A stretch of 64,000 bases of DNA from Desulfatiglandales bacterium (lineage in GTDB: Bacteria > Desulfobacterota > DSM-4660 > Desulfatiglandales > Desulfatiglandaceae): contig OY759599.1 of assembly GCA_963662465.1 (NCBI GenBank), forward strand, positions 4,448,001 to 4,512,000, given 5' to 3'. Within the stretch, counting starts at the first letter, position 1, and every line of letters begins with the position of its first letter. The position numbers and the translations under genes are program-made. Of the stretch, positions 12,245 to 23,739 are shown piece by piece. Below the pieces are notes generated by a model. The model was not told the origin of the DNA. It ran no database searches and saw nothing but the letters and a program-made list of their open reading frames with translations.

Positions 12245-13363
12245 TCACCAAGGCCTGCGCTGAACCCGTGAACGGTTACGTGCGGACTCAACCCATTCGA
12301 TTTCTCGAGAAATGGAATCGGTCACCATCTCGCAGCGAAGTTCGGCGGGCAATACCGCCCAGGTATAAGTTTCCACTTCCATGGGGGTCCCATCGGGAAA
12401 AAGGGGAAGGATCCGATCGAGGAAAAACCGGGTGGTGCCACACTCCGTTGTGGCCCCGAGAAACACCGGGACATGGAAATGGACCCGCCACTCCTCCACG
12501 TTATCCGGGGCGGCCGCAATGGCCTGATCAAGGTCGGCAAAGCGCAGCAACTCTCCCGCTTTCGTTTTGGCTACCGTCTGATGCAGATAACATGATTCGC
12601 AAAATCGGCTGAGCCGCCCGATATCAGGATGTGTCAGGCGAAGGGCCGAAGAGACCTGAACATGACCGATCCTGATCTCGTGGGCGGCAAGCTGATGTAA
12701 CGATTCGGCCGGATCTTCATACTGAAGGGCCTGGTGGCAGCAGTCATAGCAAACCGCCAGCAGGGAACGCTGAGACGGGGACAACTCGAGGCGGCTGAAA
12801 AAGGCGATCACATCAGCGGTCGTTTCGAGCAGGCAACCCGGTTCCGGTTCCAAAGAGAGCAGAATCTCCTTGCCGCTTTTCCGGCGTAACGCCTCCAGAT
12901 AATCAAGCGCAGACACAAGATGTTTTTTAATCTCAGGGAAATCCTCTTCGCTGAGGCTTGTACGAAAACCGCCGGGCACCGTAGAAATGGAACCCGTCAT
13001 TCCGTCGGGCAACCACTGCTCCAGCAGTGTAGCAACCTTTTTGGTGTAAGCGAGACGTTTCGGATAACGCCAGTCCGGCAGATAAACGGATTGTTTGACC
13101 GGGGTATGGTGGAACATTCCGAAAGGAAAGGCGTTAATGGTAGCCACATAGATATTATTGCCCCGGCACCAGCCATAAAATTCATCCGCATCTCGTTCGC
13201 TCATCTCTTCAGCTGCTCTTCCGGAAAGGCGCAGTCCCAACGGAAACGGTACATCGGGGGAGACTCGCTCTTTGACGACCGGGACATGGCGACGGACTGC
13301 CAGGAAGATCTCCTGCCAACTTTCACCAGGATGGATGTTGGTGCAGTATGAGGTTGTTGCCAT
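12245..13363 (-). CDS. eboE: EboE family TIM-barrel protein
   Basis: SYCTNIHPGE, GLRLS, NAFPFGMFH...VKQSVYLPDW, LEPEPGC, WRVHFHVP, EVETYTW. Confidence 0.88.
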   Translation of the reverse strand: MATTSYCTNIHPGESWQEIFLAVRRHVPVVKERVSPDVPFPLGLRLSGRAAEEMSERDADEFYGWCRGNNIYVATINAFPFGMFHHTPVKQSVYLPDWRYPKRLAYTKKVATLLEQWLPDGMTGSISTVPGGFRTSLSEEDFPEIKKHLVSALDYLEALRRKSGKEILLSLEPEPGCLLETTADVIAFFSRLELSPSQRSLLAVCYDCCHQALQYEDPAESLHQLAAHEIRIGHVQVSSALRLTHPDIGRLSRFCESCYLHQTVAKTKAGELLRFADLDQAIAAAPDNVEEWRVHFHVPVFLGATTECGTTRFFLDRILPLFPDGTPMEVETYTWAVLPAELRCEMVTDSISREIEWVESARNRSRVQRRPW

Positions 13364-13517
13364 CAATTGCCCTCCGAGACCTTTGCAAAACGTACCCGCC
13401 GACGCATAACCCCAAAAACATTTTGACTCATGGAACGCCGACAAGTATCTTATATTAAAGTTTCAAATTTATGCAACAATTGGGAGCATCGGTTTCCGGA
13501 CCGAAAGAATTTATTTA

Positions 13518-13979
13518 ATGATCACAACAAACCTCATCTTGAACCTTCTTCTGATTCTCTCGGTGGCCTGGATCCTTGGCTCCATCTTTTCCCGTTTCAG
13601 CCTACCCGCCATGCTGGGTGAACTCCTGGCAGGGGTTATCCTGGGACCTCCCATCTTGGGTGTCGTTCTTTCCTCTGATGCGATCGAACTGTTGGCGGAA
13701 CTCGGGATATTTTTTGTCATGTTCCACTCAGGAATGGAAATGGACCCGAAGGAACTTCTGGAACACAAATGGCCTTCTTTAGGGGTGGCGCTGGGAGGAT
13801 TTGTAATTCCTTACACCATAGGCTTTCTGACAGCGAAGGCATTTGGCGCTACCCTCTTCCAGGCCCTGGTCATCGGCATGGGCGTCTCTGTTATGACCAT
13901 TGCCGTTCAAGTTGAACTCGTGATTGCCACGGTGGTTCTCAAAAAAACCAAACGAAACCATTGGAGGTCATTTACATGA
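13518..13979 (+). pseudogene. Cation:proton antiporter (CPA2), N-terminal fragment
   Basis: LGELLAGVILGP, LAELGIFFVMFHSGME; ends after about 5 TM segments. Confidence 0.75.
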
Positions 13980-14698
13980 AGGAATTCGAACTGGAAAAGC
14001 TGCGGAAGTTTGACGGAAAGGACGGTAAGCCCGCATACGTCGCCTGCAATGGCAAGGTTTACAATGTGAGTGACAGCAAACGCTGGCAGGGCGGTCTTCA
14101 CATGAACCGGCACCATGCCGGAAACAACCTGACCGCCGACATTCAGGCGGCGCCCCATGAACCGAGCGTGCTCGAAAGATATCCGCAAGTGGGGACTTTG
14201 AAAAAGGAAGAACAAACAGAGGGTCAACTGCCGCCGGCGCTTTCCCGGTTTCTGGAAAGAATGCCCTTTTTTAGAAGACACCCGCACCCCATGACCATTC
14301 ATTTTCCCATTGCCTTCACCTTTGCCACCCTTGCCTTCACCTTCCTTTATCTGATAACAAAAATAGAACAATTTGAAATCACGGCATTTTGTTGCCTGGG
14401 AACCGCCGTTTTCTTTACACCGATCGCTATTCTGACCGGCTTCTACACCTGGTGGGTGAACTACGGCGCCAAGTCCATTCGGCCGGTGAAGATCAAGCAA
14501 AAGCTCTCATTTCTCCTCCTTTTCATCGAAATCGGCCTCTTCATCTGGCGGTGGAAAAACCCGGTCCTTCTTCAATCCCTGGGATGGCAGACCCTCCTCT
14601 ACCTTCTCCTCGTTCTTTCCATGTTCTTTGTGGTGACCATGATCGGTTGGTTCGGCGCCAGTCTGACATTTCCCCTTGAAAAACCGAAAACCAGATAA
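13976..14698 (+). CDS. Cytochrome b5-like heme domain fused to DUF2231-like membrane domain
   Basis: FDGKDGKPAYVACNGKVYNVS..W..G.H..H.AG..LT; HPHPMTIHFPIA and 4 TM segments. Confidence 0.8.
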   Translation: MKEFELEKLRKFDGKDGKPAYVACNGKVYNVSDSKRWQGGLHMNRHHAGNNLTADIQAAPHEPSVLERYPQVGTLKKEEQTEGQLPPALSRFLERMPFFRRHPHPMTIHFPIAFTFATLAFTFLYLITKIEQFEITAFCCLGTAVFFTPIAILTGFYTWWVNYGAKSIRPVKIKQKLSFLLLFIEIGLFIWRWKNPVLLQSLGWQTLLYLLLVLSMFFVVTMIGWFGASLTFPLEKPKTR

Positions 14699-14834
14699 GC
14701 TAATTTAAGGAAATACCGCCCATAAAGGATGCAAATACACCCTTTACCCCATTCCATTTAATTCGGAAATGCGGTATATTGCCATAGTAATTTTTGACAT
14801 TGGCAATGCATCTTATAGATAAGGAGGCAACACC

Positions 14835-15175
14835 ATGAAAAGAAAACTGTTTATCATTTTTTTGGCGATTCTTGTGGGAAACGTCCTTCCAATAATCACC
14901 AATTCTTATGGGGGGAGGTTGACCAGGGGAAAACCCTTTATGATTCCAAATGCGTGATCTGCCATGGGGCCGACGGAAAAGGGGACGGGCCGGCGGCGGC
15001 AGCTTTGAATCCCTCTCCCAGGAATTTTCAGGAGCCCCAGTTCTGGCAGGAAAATGCGAACCAGGACATTGCGGAAACCATCCGCAACGGTCTTTCCCCC
15101 ATGCCGGCCTTCGATTTGCCTGATGCTGAAACCAAGGCCATCATTGATTATATGAAACACACATTCAAGAAATAG
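14835..15175 (+). pseudogene. Monoheme cytochrome c, frameshifted in a G6 run
   Basis: AAGGAGG RBS and signal peptide from 14835; CVICH and MPAF lie in another frame; one extra G at 14910-14915 restores the ORF. Confidence 0.75.
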
Positions 15176-15269
15176 ATGAAGAAGACGATGGTGACCCATT
15201 TCTCTACAGCCCCGATCCCGTGTATGGAAACCGCACCGGAAGCCCCTGAGAGTGAAAGGGAAATGAACC

Positions 15270-15380
15270 ATGATCAATGAGTTCTACGACGTTCTCAACA
15301 GGCTGGGCTACCATCATCCTTTTCACCCAACGGAAGTGCATATACCCATCGGATTGGTTTCCGGCGCCCTTATTTTTAAT
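15270..15380 (+). pseudogene. DUF2231-like N-terminal fragment
   Basis: HPFHPTEVHIPIGLV, then homology is lost. Confidence 0.5.
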
Positions 15381-15495
15381 GAAGAAATAAAGCGGAAACC
15401 GATTCCCTTTTCACAACCAATTATGGGGGACTTTTATTCGCAACTGTGTTAAGAATTGCAGCAATGGTTTCATCCCAATGCAGTCAAAATAACCG

Positions 15496-16437
15496 ATGAT
15501 GGATTTCTCTTCACAAAGACAGATCAGCGGCATATCACGGCTGGGGCTCTTTCTGGCCCTCTCCCGGACCCCCCACGCTTTGTTGGACATGACGACCCCC
15601 GGCCTGGCAGCGTTATTGTGGCTGGGTGCGTTTCCACCGCTTAAGGTGGTGTTGGTGGGACTCTTGACCGTTTTCGCCGGTTACAGTGCCGTTTACGCCT
15701 TAAACGATCTCGTTGATTACCGTTCCGATAAGAAGAAAATGGAAGAAGGTCTTTTTCAGGATACGGAGAATTACCTGGATGGCGCCATGGTACGGCATCC
15801 GGTGGCCCAGGGTTTGCTGAAGTTCCGGGAAGGACTCGGCTGGACTTTGGGATGGGCCCTGGTGGCGGTGGTGGGCGCGTTCATTTTGAACCCGACCTGT
15901 GTCGTGATTTTCATCGGCGGCTGCCTTCTGGAAGCCGTCTATTGCCTCATGTGGCGACTCAGCTGGACACGGACCATCGTCAGCGGCGGGGTCAAAACCT
16001 CGGGCGCTATTGCCGCCGTCTACGCGGTGGATCCAGAACCTTCCTTCGGCCTTTTGCTGATCCTCTTCTTGTGGCTCTTTTTCTGGGAAATCGGCGGGCA
16101 GAATATTCCCAACGATTGGGAGGATCTGGAGAGAGACAAACATCTTCGGGCCAAAACCGTTCCCGTCCGGTTCGGGCCTGAAATTTCGTCTCTGCTGGTC
16201 ATGTGCTGTCTCGTCACAACCCTGATCATGAGCGGTCTTCTTTTATGGGCGACGCCCTTTCCCCTTAACTGGCCGTTTTTAGTGAGTGTTTTCATGGTCG
16301 GCATCTATCTGCTCATACTCCCTGCCTACCAACTCTATCAGGCAAAAGACCGCCCAAAAGCCATCAACCTTTTCAACAAAGCCAGCTATTATCCCCCCGT
16401 ATTGTTCGTGGTAGTCGTGATTCAGTACCTACTGTAA
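15496..16437 (+). CDS. UbiA family prenyltransferase
   Basis: Multi-TM; aspartate-rich motifs NDLVDYRSD and NDWEDLERD. Confidence 0.85.
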   Translation: MMDFSSQRQISGISRLGLFLALSRTPHALLDMTTPGLAALLWLGAFPPLKVVLVGLLTVFAGYSAVYALNDLVDYRSDKKKMEEGLFQDTENYLDGAMVRHPVAQGLLKFREGLGWTLGWALVAVVGAFILNPTCVVIFIGGCLLEAVYCLMWRLSWTRTIVSGGVKTSGAIAAVYAVDPEPSFGLLLILFLWLFFWEIGGQNIPNDWEDLERDKHLRAKTVPVRFGPEISSLLVMCCLVTTLIMSGLLLWATPFPLNWPFLVSVFMVGIYLLILPAYQLYQAKDRPKAINLFNKASYYPPVLFVVVVIQYLL

Positions 16438-16517
16438 CACTCATTTAAACGGATTTTACGCGTTCGTACTGTTTCGGCCAGGGGACGTCCCCCCTCAGGC
16501 TTTGCGTCTTGCGGGTT

Positions 16518-16820
16518 TTATTTAAAAGGCTCCAGTCTCAGGGCAGCTTGTATTTTGTCCCGTTGCTCCGGATTTACGCGCGACTCATCCGCATAGTCCC
16601 ACCATCGCGCTACAACATCCCTCACTTCATCAATGATCGTTTTCGCACGTCCGCGCTTCATCGAAGCGCTATTTGCACACGCTTTGAAATCCTCCAGAGT
16701 AAATCCACTCCGCTTGCCATTCATCGTCATTTGATGACTCGATGTCCATTTTCCGCCTGGTTGATAGCTGTAGGTCATGTCGAACGCGGGTGAAAGTGAC
16801 CAGTTTCCCGACCGGTCCAT
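16518..16820 (-). pseudogene. hipA: HipA-family kinase toxin, C-terminal fragment
   Basis: WSLSPAFDMTYSY...HQMTMNGKR; truncated next to the repeat at 16850. Confidence 0.75.
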
Positions 16821-16849
16821 CAGGAAGGCAAGGGAATCTTGGGAATCTT

Positions 16850-16974
16850 GGGGACGTTCGTCAGTTTATAAGTTACTCAAAAGCTTTCGGTTATTTCCCT
16901 TTAATTGAGTACTCTTCTATACTCCTCTTTACGAGTTTCGCGTGACATATAAACTTATAATCTGAAGTACCCCC
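16850..16974. mobile_element. MITE-like repeat, copy 1
   Basis: Near-identical to 63325-63438; ends ggggacgttcgtcagtttataa ... ttataatctgaagta are imperfect inverted repeats. Confidence 0.7.
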
Positions 16975-16984
16975 ACTCACCTTG

Positions 16985-17302
16985 TTATGCGCTTAACTTC
17001 TTTAACTCTGCTGCGTATGCCCCATACTCGCCCAGGTGGGCGAGCATCAGGCTCTTCCATAGTTTTCCATGGTTTGGAACAAAGGAGTGCAGCAACTCGT
17101 GGACGATGACATAGTCCCATAGCTCAGTTTTCAAGTCGAGCAGATCGGCGTTGAAGTTCAAGTGGCCGCTGGTGGAGCACGAGGCCCATTTGTTGCTCAT
17201 CGGCCACACCCCAAGCCAAACGACATCCACATCGAGCTTCTCCGCCCAATGCCGTACACGGCTCTTGAACGCTCGCTTCTGATTCATAGCCGCTACGGTC
17301 AT
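16985..17302 (-). CDS. YgjP/M48-like metal-dependent hydrolase associated with type I R-M
   Basis: KWASCS, DYVIVHELLH (HExxH), NHGKLW; overlaps the hsdR stop. Confidence 0.85.
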   Translation of the reverse strand: MTVAAMNQKRAFKSRVRHWAEKLDVDVVWLGVWPMSNKWASCSTSGHLNFNADLLDLKTELWDYVIVHELLHSFVPNHGKLWKSLMLAHLGEYGAYAAELKKLSA

Positions 17303-19545
17303 ATCTTGTCCGCCTTCTCTAACAGCATGAACAGTTCTTCCACCATCGCCGTTACGCGATCCAGATCATCAATTTCTCCAAAGATTGCGAAGGTCACCTT
17401 CTTCCGCAGCTCGCGAAGTGAGTTCTCGCTCTTCTTCCAGTTCGGGAATTCTGCGAACGCCTTGCGAATCTTCCGGCTCAATTCCTCCGCATTCTCGATC
17501 TTCGCATCGATCAAACTGCGATAGACAAAGTAGGTCAGGCCATCGAACGCTTTTTCGGCCTGCTCCTTTTTCCGGGTTTCGTTGGATTCGACCTCGTTCA
17601 ACAGTTCTTCCAACGCTTCGGCGGTGGACTTCTGGCGTTGTTCGAAATTCTCCTGCACAGCCAACGCGCGCTCGGCCATTGCAATCAAAAACGGATCGTC
17701 GCTGTGCTCGTCGGCGAGTGTCTGGATACTCTTCACCAGGTTGATGACTTTGGTACTGTCGCCGCCTTTCTTCTTCTTGATCAACTCGACTGTGTCGGCG
17801 TTGATCTCAACTATTCCTCCGACCGGCTGCATGCCGTAACTACCCACCTGCTCCTGCACCAACAGGTTCGTCTTCTTCTGGAAATCTTTGTCGACGTAAA
17901 CGGTTTTCGTATAGGCCTTGCGAACAACGGCATAGATTCCTGACAACGTGCCGTAGTCAGCGATATACGGCCGCAGGAAGGCATCGGGCGAGATGATCTC
18001 GTAGAGCATCTCGATCTCCTTGTATTCCTTGAAAAACTCCTTGCGCCGCGCAGGATCGCGAAAGTGCTCGATGAGGGTATCGACGTCCTTGTCGTCGAAG
18101 TTGCGCTCAATCAGGCCCAGATACGCCGGCGCCTTGCTCTCCATCATATTTTTGAAGAGCACCTTCAGGAGCTTCAGGTCCTTGACGATGGCGTTGATCT
18201 CGTCGCTGTCGAAGGCAAGGGCCTTTTCCAGCTTGTCAAAGACGCCGACGAAATCCAAAACAAAGCCGTGGGGCTTGACCATCTCCCGGGCCTCGTTCTC
18301 GTAGGGGCGGTTCACCCGGGCGATGGCTTGCAACAGGGTGTGGCCCCGCATCGGCTTGTCGAGATACATGGCGTAGAGCACGGGCGCGTCAAAGCCGGTG
18401 AGCAGTTTCTCGGTGACGATGAGGATCTTCGGCTGCTGGTCGAGCTTGCCGAAGCTCTTGCGGATCTGCCGCTCCTTCTTCGGGTCGAGGTGGAATTCTT
18501 TCAGCAGGGCCGAGTCGTTGTTGCTGCCGGTGTAGACAACCTCGGAATACTCGGGCGGCAGGAATTGATCGAGGGCGTGCTTGTAGTGGGCGCAGGCTTC
18601 GCGGTCCACGCCGACGAGGAATGCCTTGTAGCCGAGCGGCTCGACGTTCTCACGGTAGTGTTCGGCGACGAACTGCGCCACCTTCCGTATCCGCTCCTTG
18701 CCCGTGAGGAAGTTTTTCAGGTTTACTGCCCGATCGAGGATCTTGTTCAGCTCCTCGATGTCGGCCACACCTTCGGCTTCGGCGAGGGAGAGGAATTCCG
18801 CATCCAGCGTCTCGTGCGGGACGAGCATTTCATTGGGGGCGAGCTGATAGTAGAGCGGCAGGGTGGTGCCGTCTTCGTGGATCATCGTCACGATGATGCC
18901 CCGGTAGTCGTTCTTCAGCAGCCGGTTGAGCCGGGCGATGCTGCCGGCGTGCTCCAGGTTGCCCAGGCCGAGCGCGGCCAGGTTCTTGAGCATCTGGTCT
19001 TCCAGCTCGTTGCGGTCGATCATCAGCAGGACGGTGGGCTTGTCCGCCTCGGGCGCGCGAAAGAGCCGTTCCGCCGCACCATGTTCCAGGTCACCCCGTA
19101 GGAAAAGCCGATGGCGTCGGTGGCGGTGAAGAGCTGCTGCGACACGAACAGCTCGGGCATCTCGCGGTGGTAGCGGCGGATCTGGTCCACCCCCAGAGCA
19201 ATCGCCTCGTCCTTGTTGGCGTTCTTGCACTCAATCACCAGCACCGGGATGCCGTTGATGAGAAAGACGACATCCTCCCGCGTGCCGTAGTGGCCGTTGT
19301 GAAAGGCCCACTCCTCGGTGACTTCAAAAACGTTCTTTGCCAGGTCGTCGTAAGCGATCAGGATCAGGTCGCGCTCGCGCTTCTCCTCGTGGTCGAAGAA
19401 TTTGCCCCGGCTGCGCAGGTGCTCGACGAATTCCCGGTTGCCGTAAATGTCGGTGTGGAGATGGCGGAGCTGCCCAGGCAACGCGCCCTCGGCCTCGGCA
19501 TAGCGCGGGTTGAATTCCCGCACCTTGGCATCGAGCAGATCGCGG
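17299..19545 (-). pseudogene. hsdR: Type I restriction subunit R with internal deletions
   Basis: Nuclease DVVFLINGIP..IECK, LLTGFDAP, LLQAIARVNR are present; Walker A region and DEAH box are missing (junctions near 19075 and 18880); 5' end is fused to hsdS. Confidence 0.85.
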
Positions 19546-20759
19546 ATCTTCGCGGTCATCAGTTCATGAAGGAGCGTGCGGAAGAGGTCTTTGAGTGCGC
19601 CGAGTTTTCGTTGGTGCCCAGCATGCTTTTGATCAGCCGTATCAAGCACGGCAATGATTTCGGCCTGCTCGTTAGGCGGTGGAACAGGGACCAGTAGGGG
19701 CTTGAGCTTGATTTCTGGAAGGTGTGCGATCGTGGTTCTAGTTCCGGTCACGCCATAGGTGTTCGTAAGAAGGAACGCGAACATCATCCAGTGAACCATG
19801 AACTCGTTAGTGATTTGGTCAGTCTTCGGCCGCAGTCTGTGAAGAGCCTTCTGGTAATAGCAGTCGACGATGCTGCCATCCCAAAGTGCAGCGCGCCCTA
19901 CCTCTCCGCCTTCGCACACCATGAGATCACCTTTTCGCAATTGGAACTTCACTGCCTCGCGATCATTGAAGTCCATTCGAAGGAGATCTTCAGTTTCGAT
20001 TCGACCCCATTGAACGTTCTTGTTTCGCAGATAAAGCTTTGGTGAATCCCCAACCTTTGCTTTCTGGGAAAGCATCTTTCCAAGTTGTGTCTCGAAAAGA
20101 TCGCCAATGGGAAGAAGCTCCCAACTCTCAGGAACGGGGCCGATTTCGGTTTGTTTTTGGGGTTCGTTGCGGAGGCCTTCGGTGAAGAGCTTGTGCATGA
20201 GGGCCTTTTTCAGCTCGGTGGTGGTCTGAATGATCCGCTCCTGCGCTTCGATCGCCCGCTGCACCGTCGAAAGGATGTGCGAGATCTTCTTCTACTCGGG
20301 GAGTGGGGGGAGCGGGAGCTCGATGGCCCGAAAGTCCGATTTCTTGAAAAATCCTCGCGCCTGGTCTTCGCTCTCACCGAGAAGCTCGGGGACCTTGTAG
20401 CGCAAGAAAAAGAAAAAGAAATCACGGTCGAGTCCACCATTCGTCGGAACGACCCTCCACATGTTCTGATTCATCAGAGCCGGAAGAATGTGCGGGGGAA
20501 TCTGGCCGAGTTTGCCGCGGGTAGCACCCACCATCACGAAAAGAATATCTCCTTCTTCGAGGAGATACTGGGAGTGTGAATCCGTGAACTCCGCAGGTAG
20601 ATACTTCCTGTCATTAGAGATATTTACCGTTCCATCCCAGTTGATGTTGACGACACGGAAATTCAGGACGCCATCAGCGACATAGTCCTCGCTCTTGAAA
20701 GCGTAACCGTTCTTCAGATCGCAGAAGTTGCCAAGCGCTTTGTATTCCCAATCGATCAT
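19546..20759 (-). pseudogene. hsdS: Type I specificity subunit S with premature TAG
   Basis: Two TRDs and conserved helices (PLPPLPE*KKISHIL; LKKALMHKLFT; LFRTLLHELMT); TAG at 20292-20294; no own stop, reads into hsdR. Confidence 0.88.
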
Positions 20760-20761
20760 CG

Positions 20762-20819
20762 TTAGTTGGCTCCGATCTTCTCCAGAATCTCCTTCAAGGC
20801 TTTGTCCGTCTCCCTCGCC
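20762..20819 (-). pseudogene. Second hsdM-like C-terminal tail
   Basis: ARETDKALKEILEKIGAN*, similar to AKETDKALNKILKQLGVGA* at 22511. Confidence 0.65.
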
Positions 20820-20822
20820 GGA

Positions 20823-20908
20823 TGGCTGGTTTTCCAGCCCGCCATGAGGCTTTGCCGGGGACTGGAAAGTCCCCCCTCAGTTTCGCAGACAGGAATGTCC
20901 GCCCTCCT
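20823..20908. repeat. Cluster of REP-like short palindromes
   Basis: Related hairpin units ggctggttttccagcc, gggactggaaagtccc, gcagacaggaatgtccgc. Confidence 0.5.
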
Positions 20909-21017
20909 TTGCTGAACCTCTCTGGCGGTGACTCTGGCTGTCCGTCGACTGGTGGCGTGACTTGGGCCTCTTGGGCCTCGACTTGTCCGCTCACTTGTCC
21001 GGTAGCTACACTGTTCT

Positions 21018-22514
21018 TCATGGACGGCCCCTTTCCTTTTCCAATTGTTCCAGCAATCTGCGGCCTTTTTCCGTGAGCCGGTATTTCTGGAGGCGACTGG
21101 TGGGTTTTTCGGGGATGGTGCGCTCTACCAGTCCGTCTGCAAGGGCTGGGTCGATGTAGGTGTCGCGTAGGCGTCGACGACTTTTAAGGCCGAAGGCGAC
21201 GAGAATGTCGGCGTTGGAGAGGGCGACGCGATCTGCCAGCAAAACAAGAAGTCGAGTGACGTATTCTCCAACTGGTGCCGTGACTGGTGCCGTAACTGGT
21301 GCCAATTTGGTCCCTGCCTCAGGCTTTTTCCTCCTGATCGTCAACACAAAAAACCCTCCGTCAATCCTGATTTCAGGTTCAGGAAGCCTGGCTTTCTGGC
21401 ATCGCCGGAACATATCACGAATACCGGTTCCCATGCGCTCGATGTACTTGGTCAGGTACATGGGCTCGGCAAGAAGCGGATTATAAGGAACGGAGGCATG
21501 GGGGCCTCGCAGTTTTTCAAGGGTCAGGGTCGGCGGCAGCGTGCCGGGATTCCAGACTTCAAGCCGATCCTTAAAGAGCATGACCTGTACGCTGGCATTG
21601 CTGGTGTAGTCGCGATGTACGACGGCATTGACGATGGCTTCCTGCGGAATTTCGTATTTCGTCGGCGCCCGGGTGCTTTCCGCTCTCGTGCCCACCCAGA
21701 GGTCTATCTTGGAGAGCACGAAATCCTTGGCCTGATCCACGAGATCGAAAACCGTGCCTTTGTACACCTGATAAGAGGGAATGGGTTTTGCCACTTCATA
21801 GCCGTGAAAATGGGCGCATTTCACCTCGGAGGTGATCAGAAAACGTTGCGGCTGTTTGCCGAACAACAACATAGCGGCATTGGTCGGCCGTCCTTTGTCG
21901 AGCAGGTTGAGATGCACCAGCACCTCATGCGGCGGCGTATCTCCCGGCAATGGGAAATTGCGACCGAGCCGGGAGAGAACAAGAAAACGGGTGATCTTGT
22001 CTTCGTCAAGGTCGTCGGGCGAAGCGTTTCAGCAGAACGTGGCATCAAACGGACCGAAACGGATCAGTTCACGCTCTTCGAGAATCCGAACGAGACTCGC
22101 ATACACCGCGGCAATAAGCTCCTCGGAGGAATTGATCCGACGTCGGATAAGGCTGCCGGCGGCATCACTTATCAGGGCGCTTATTTTCGGATGCCGAACG
22201 CCGTCATCGGACCCCTTGACGAAGATCAGGCGGGTTTTGCCCTTTTCGGTGGCCCGATTGAACTCACGGTGTGTCGGTGAAAGCCCCTCGGCATCTTCCC
22301 AACCATACTCATTGCCGAAAATACCGAGATAGATATCGCAACGATCCACCTCGTCGAGGTAGCACTGGTCCGCTCGCTGATCGGCCGCCGGCTGATCTTC
22401 GAACCGAAAATATTCGAAAAAGCGCCGCAGCAGCGGATCGCCTGCAAGGTATTCGGCCAGCGCTTTGCGCTCCGTGGCGAATTCTTTTTGAACGCTGCTG
22501 ATGAAGATCTTCAT
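21018..22514 (-). pseudogene. DUF4062 domain plus RecG-C-terminal-like (HATPase_c_4)/HTH protein, frameshifted near 22030
   Basis: KIFISSVQKEF..ER (DUF4062); EAIVNAVVHRDY, DRLEVWNPG, IERMGTGI, PEKPTSRLQKYRLT. Confidence 0.75.
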
Positions 22515-22755
22515 GCGCCGACTCCAAGTTGCTTGAGGATTTTGTTGAGGGCCTTGTCGGTCTCTTTCGCCTCGGCCTCGATGGCTTTCAGTTCCGTCAC
22601 AATCTCCGCAATCGGCCGGTAGATCTCGGCGTCGCCGGTGTGGATATAGCGGCTGGGGGAGATGTTGTAGTCGTTTTTCGCAAGCTCGGCGTGATCGACG
22701 ATGCGGCTGAGTTTTTCAGTCTCGGTCCACTTGATAAGGGTGTCGGGGATTCTCC
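22511..22755 (-). pseudogene. hsdM: Type I methyltransferase M, C-terminal fragment
   Basis: LSRIVDHAELAKNDYNISPSRYI; the rest of the gene is absent. Confidence 0.8.
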
Positions 22756-22789
22756 GCCAATACAGGTTCACCTAAACCACCGAGCCTCT

Positions 22790-23240
22790 TTGGATGGGCT
22801 TTCGTTGTAAACCGCAAAGGGAACATCCGTCAGATCAAAGGTGGCGGCATATCCGAAAACGAGAAGCTGGATCACCGACGGTCCGATAATGACAAAACGG
22901 CTTTTGGGATCTTTGAGCAGGACCAGTAATTCCTTGATGACCAGGGCGATTCCCAGGCTGCTGGGATCGCGAAAAGCCTGCAGAAATCCCTTACGTATCA
23001 GGCCGCGCAGGCGCATCAGGGTGCGGCTTGTGGAGGGTACTCGGGTGTCAGGTGCTTGATGGTGATCCGGGGTCATGGGTTATTTTCCGCTCCCCTCGAT
23101 TGAATGACATGCACAAAGGCATCTTCCATGGTCAGCTCGGGGCTGTCATCTGAACGCGCGGGTGCCTTGATTTCCGACGGGGTACCCAGGGCGATAATTT
23201 GACCGGGCACCATGATGGCCAGGCGGTCGCAATACTCGGA
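22790..23240 (-). pseudogene. Fragments of a YbhF/S/R-like ABC exporter (ATPase tail plus two fused permease starts)
   Basis: ESEYCDRLAIM...TMEDAFV; RLRGLIRKGFLQAFRDPSS fused to ALVIKELL..LKDPKSR..VFGYAATFDL. Confidence 0.7.
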
Positions 23241-23499
23241 TTCCTCTTTGCCGCCTTGAAGTTCCCATGTCACTTGCCAGAAAACCGAACGTCCCCGTCA
23301 GGGACAAGAAAACCAAGAGGCCGACTCATTCACGAACGGATAGCAAAAGGAGCGTTTTTCAATCTTGACAAACAGACCTGTATTCACTAAGGTTTTTTTC
23401 AAGAATAGTGCTTTTTTTTACACGGTTGGCGTCTACCGGCATCTACGGACCTTTTTGCAATTCAGCTGATTCTTATTTTTTAGATGAAAGAGGTGAAAA

Positions 23500-23724
23500 T
23501 TGAAACAAGGAAAATGCCCAAAATGCGGTTCTAATGAGGTTTATTGCGGTTCCGACATCAAGCCCAAAAGCGGGCCCTTCGGGAGCAATTCCATCCCGGT
23601 CAGCTTGACCTCCATTGCGGCGCTGGATAACTACGTGTGTACGCAGTGCGGCTATGTGGAAAGTTACATTTCGGATCCGTCAAAGCTCAAAGAAATGTCC
23701 ATAAAATGGCCCAAAGTGGGTTGA
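23500..23724 (+). CDS. Small zinc-ribbon protein
   Basis: CPKCGS...YVCTQCGYVE; GAGGTG RBS before TTG. Confidence 0.7.
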   Translation: MKQGKCPKCGSNEVYCGSDIKPKSGPFGSNSIPVSLTSIAALDNYVCTQCGYVESYISDPSKLKEMSIKWPKVG

Positions 23725-23739
23725 CAATAACAGGGTCGC

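Noticed and set aside
18064..19697. Long plus-strand ORFs (345 aa, 176 aa) and similar antisense ORFs elsewhere
   Set aside because: Shadow frames opposite GC-rich genes such as hsdR, ubiB and the ATPase.
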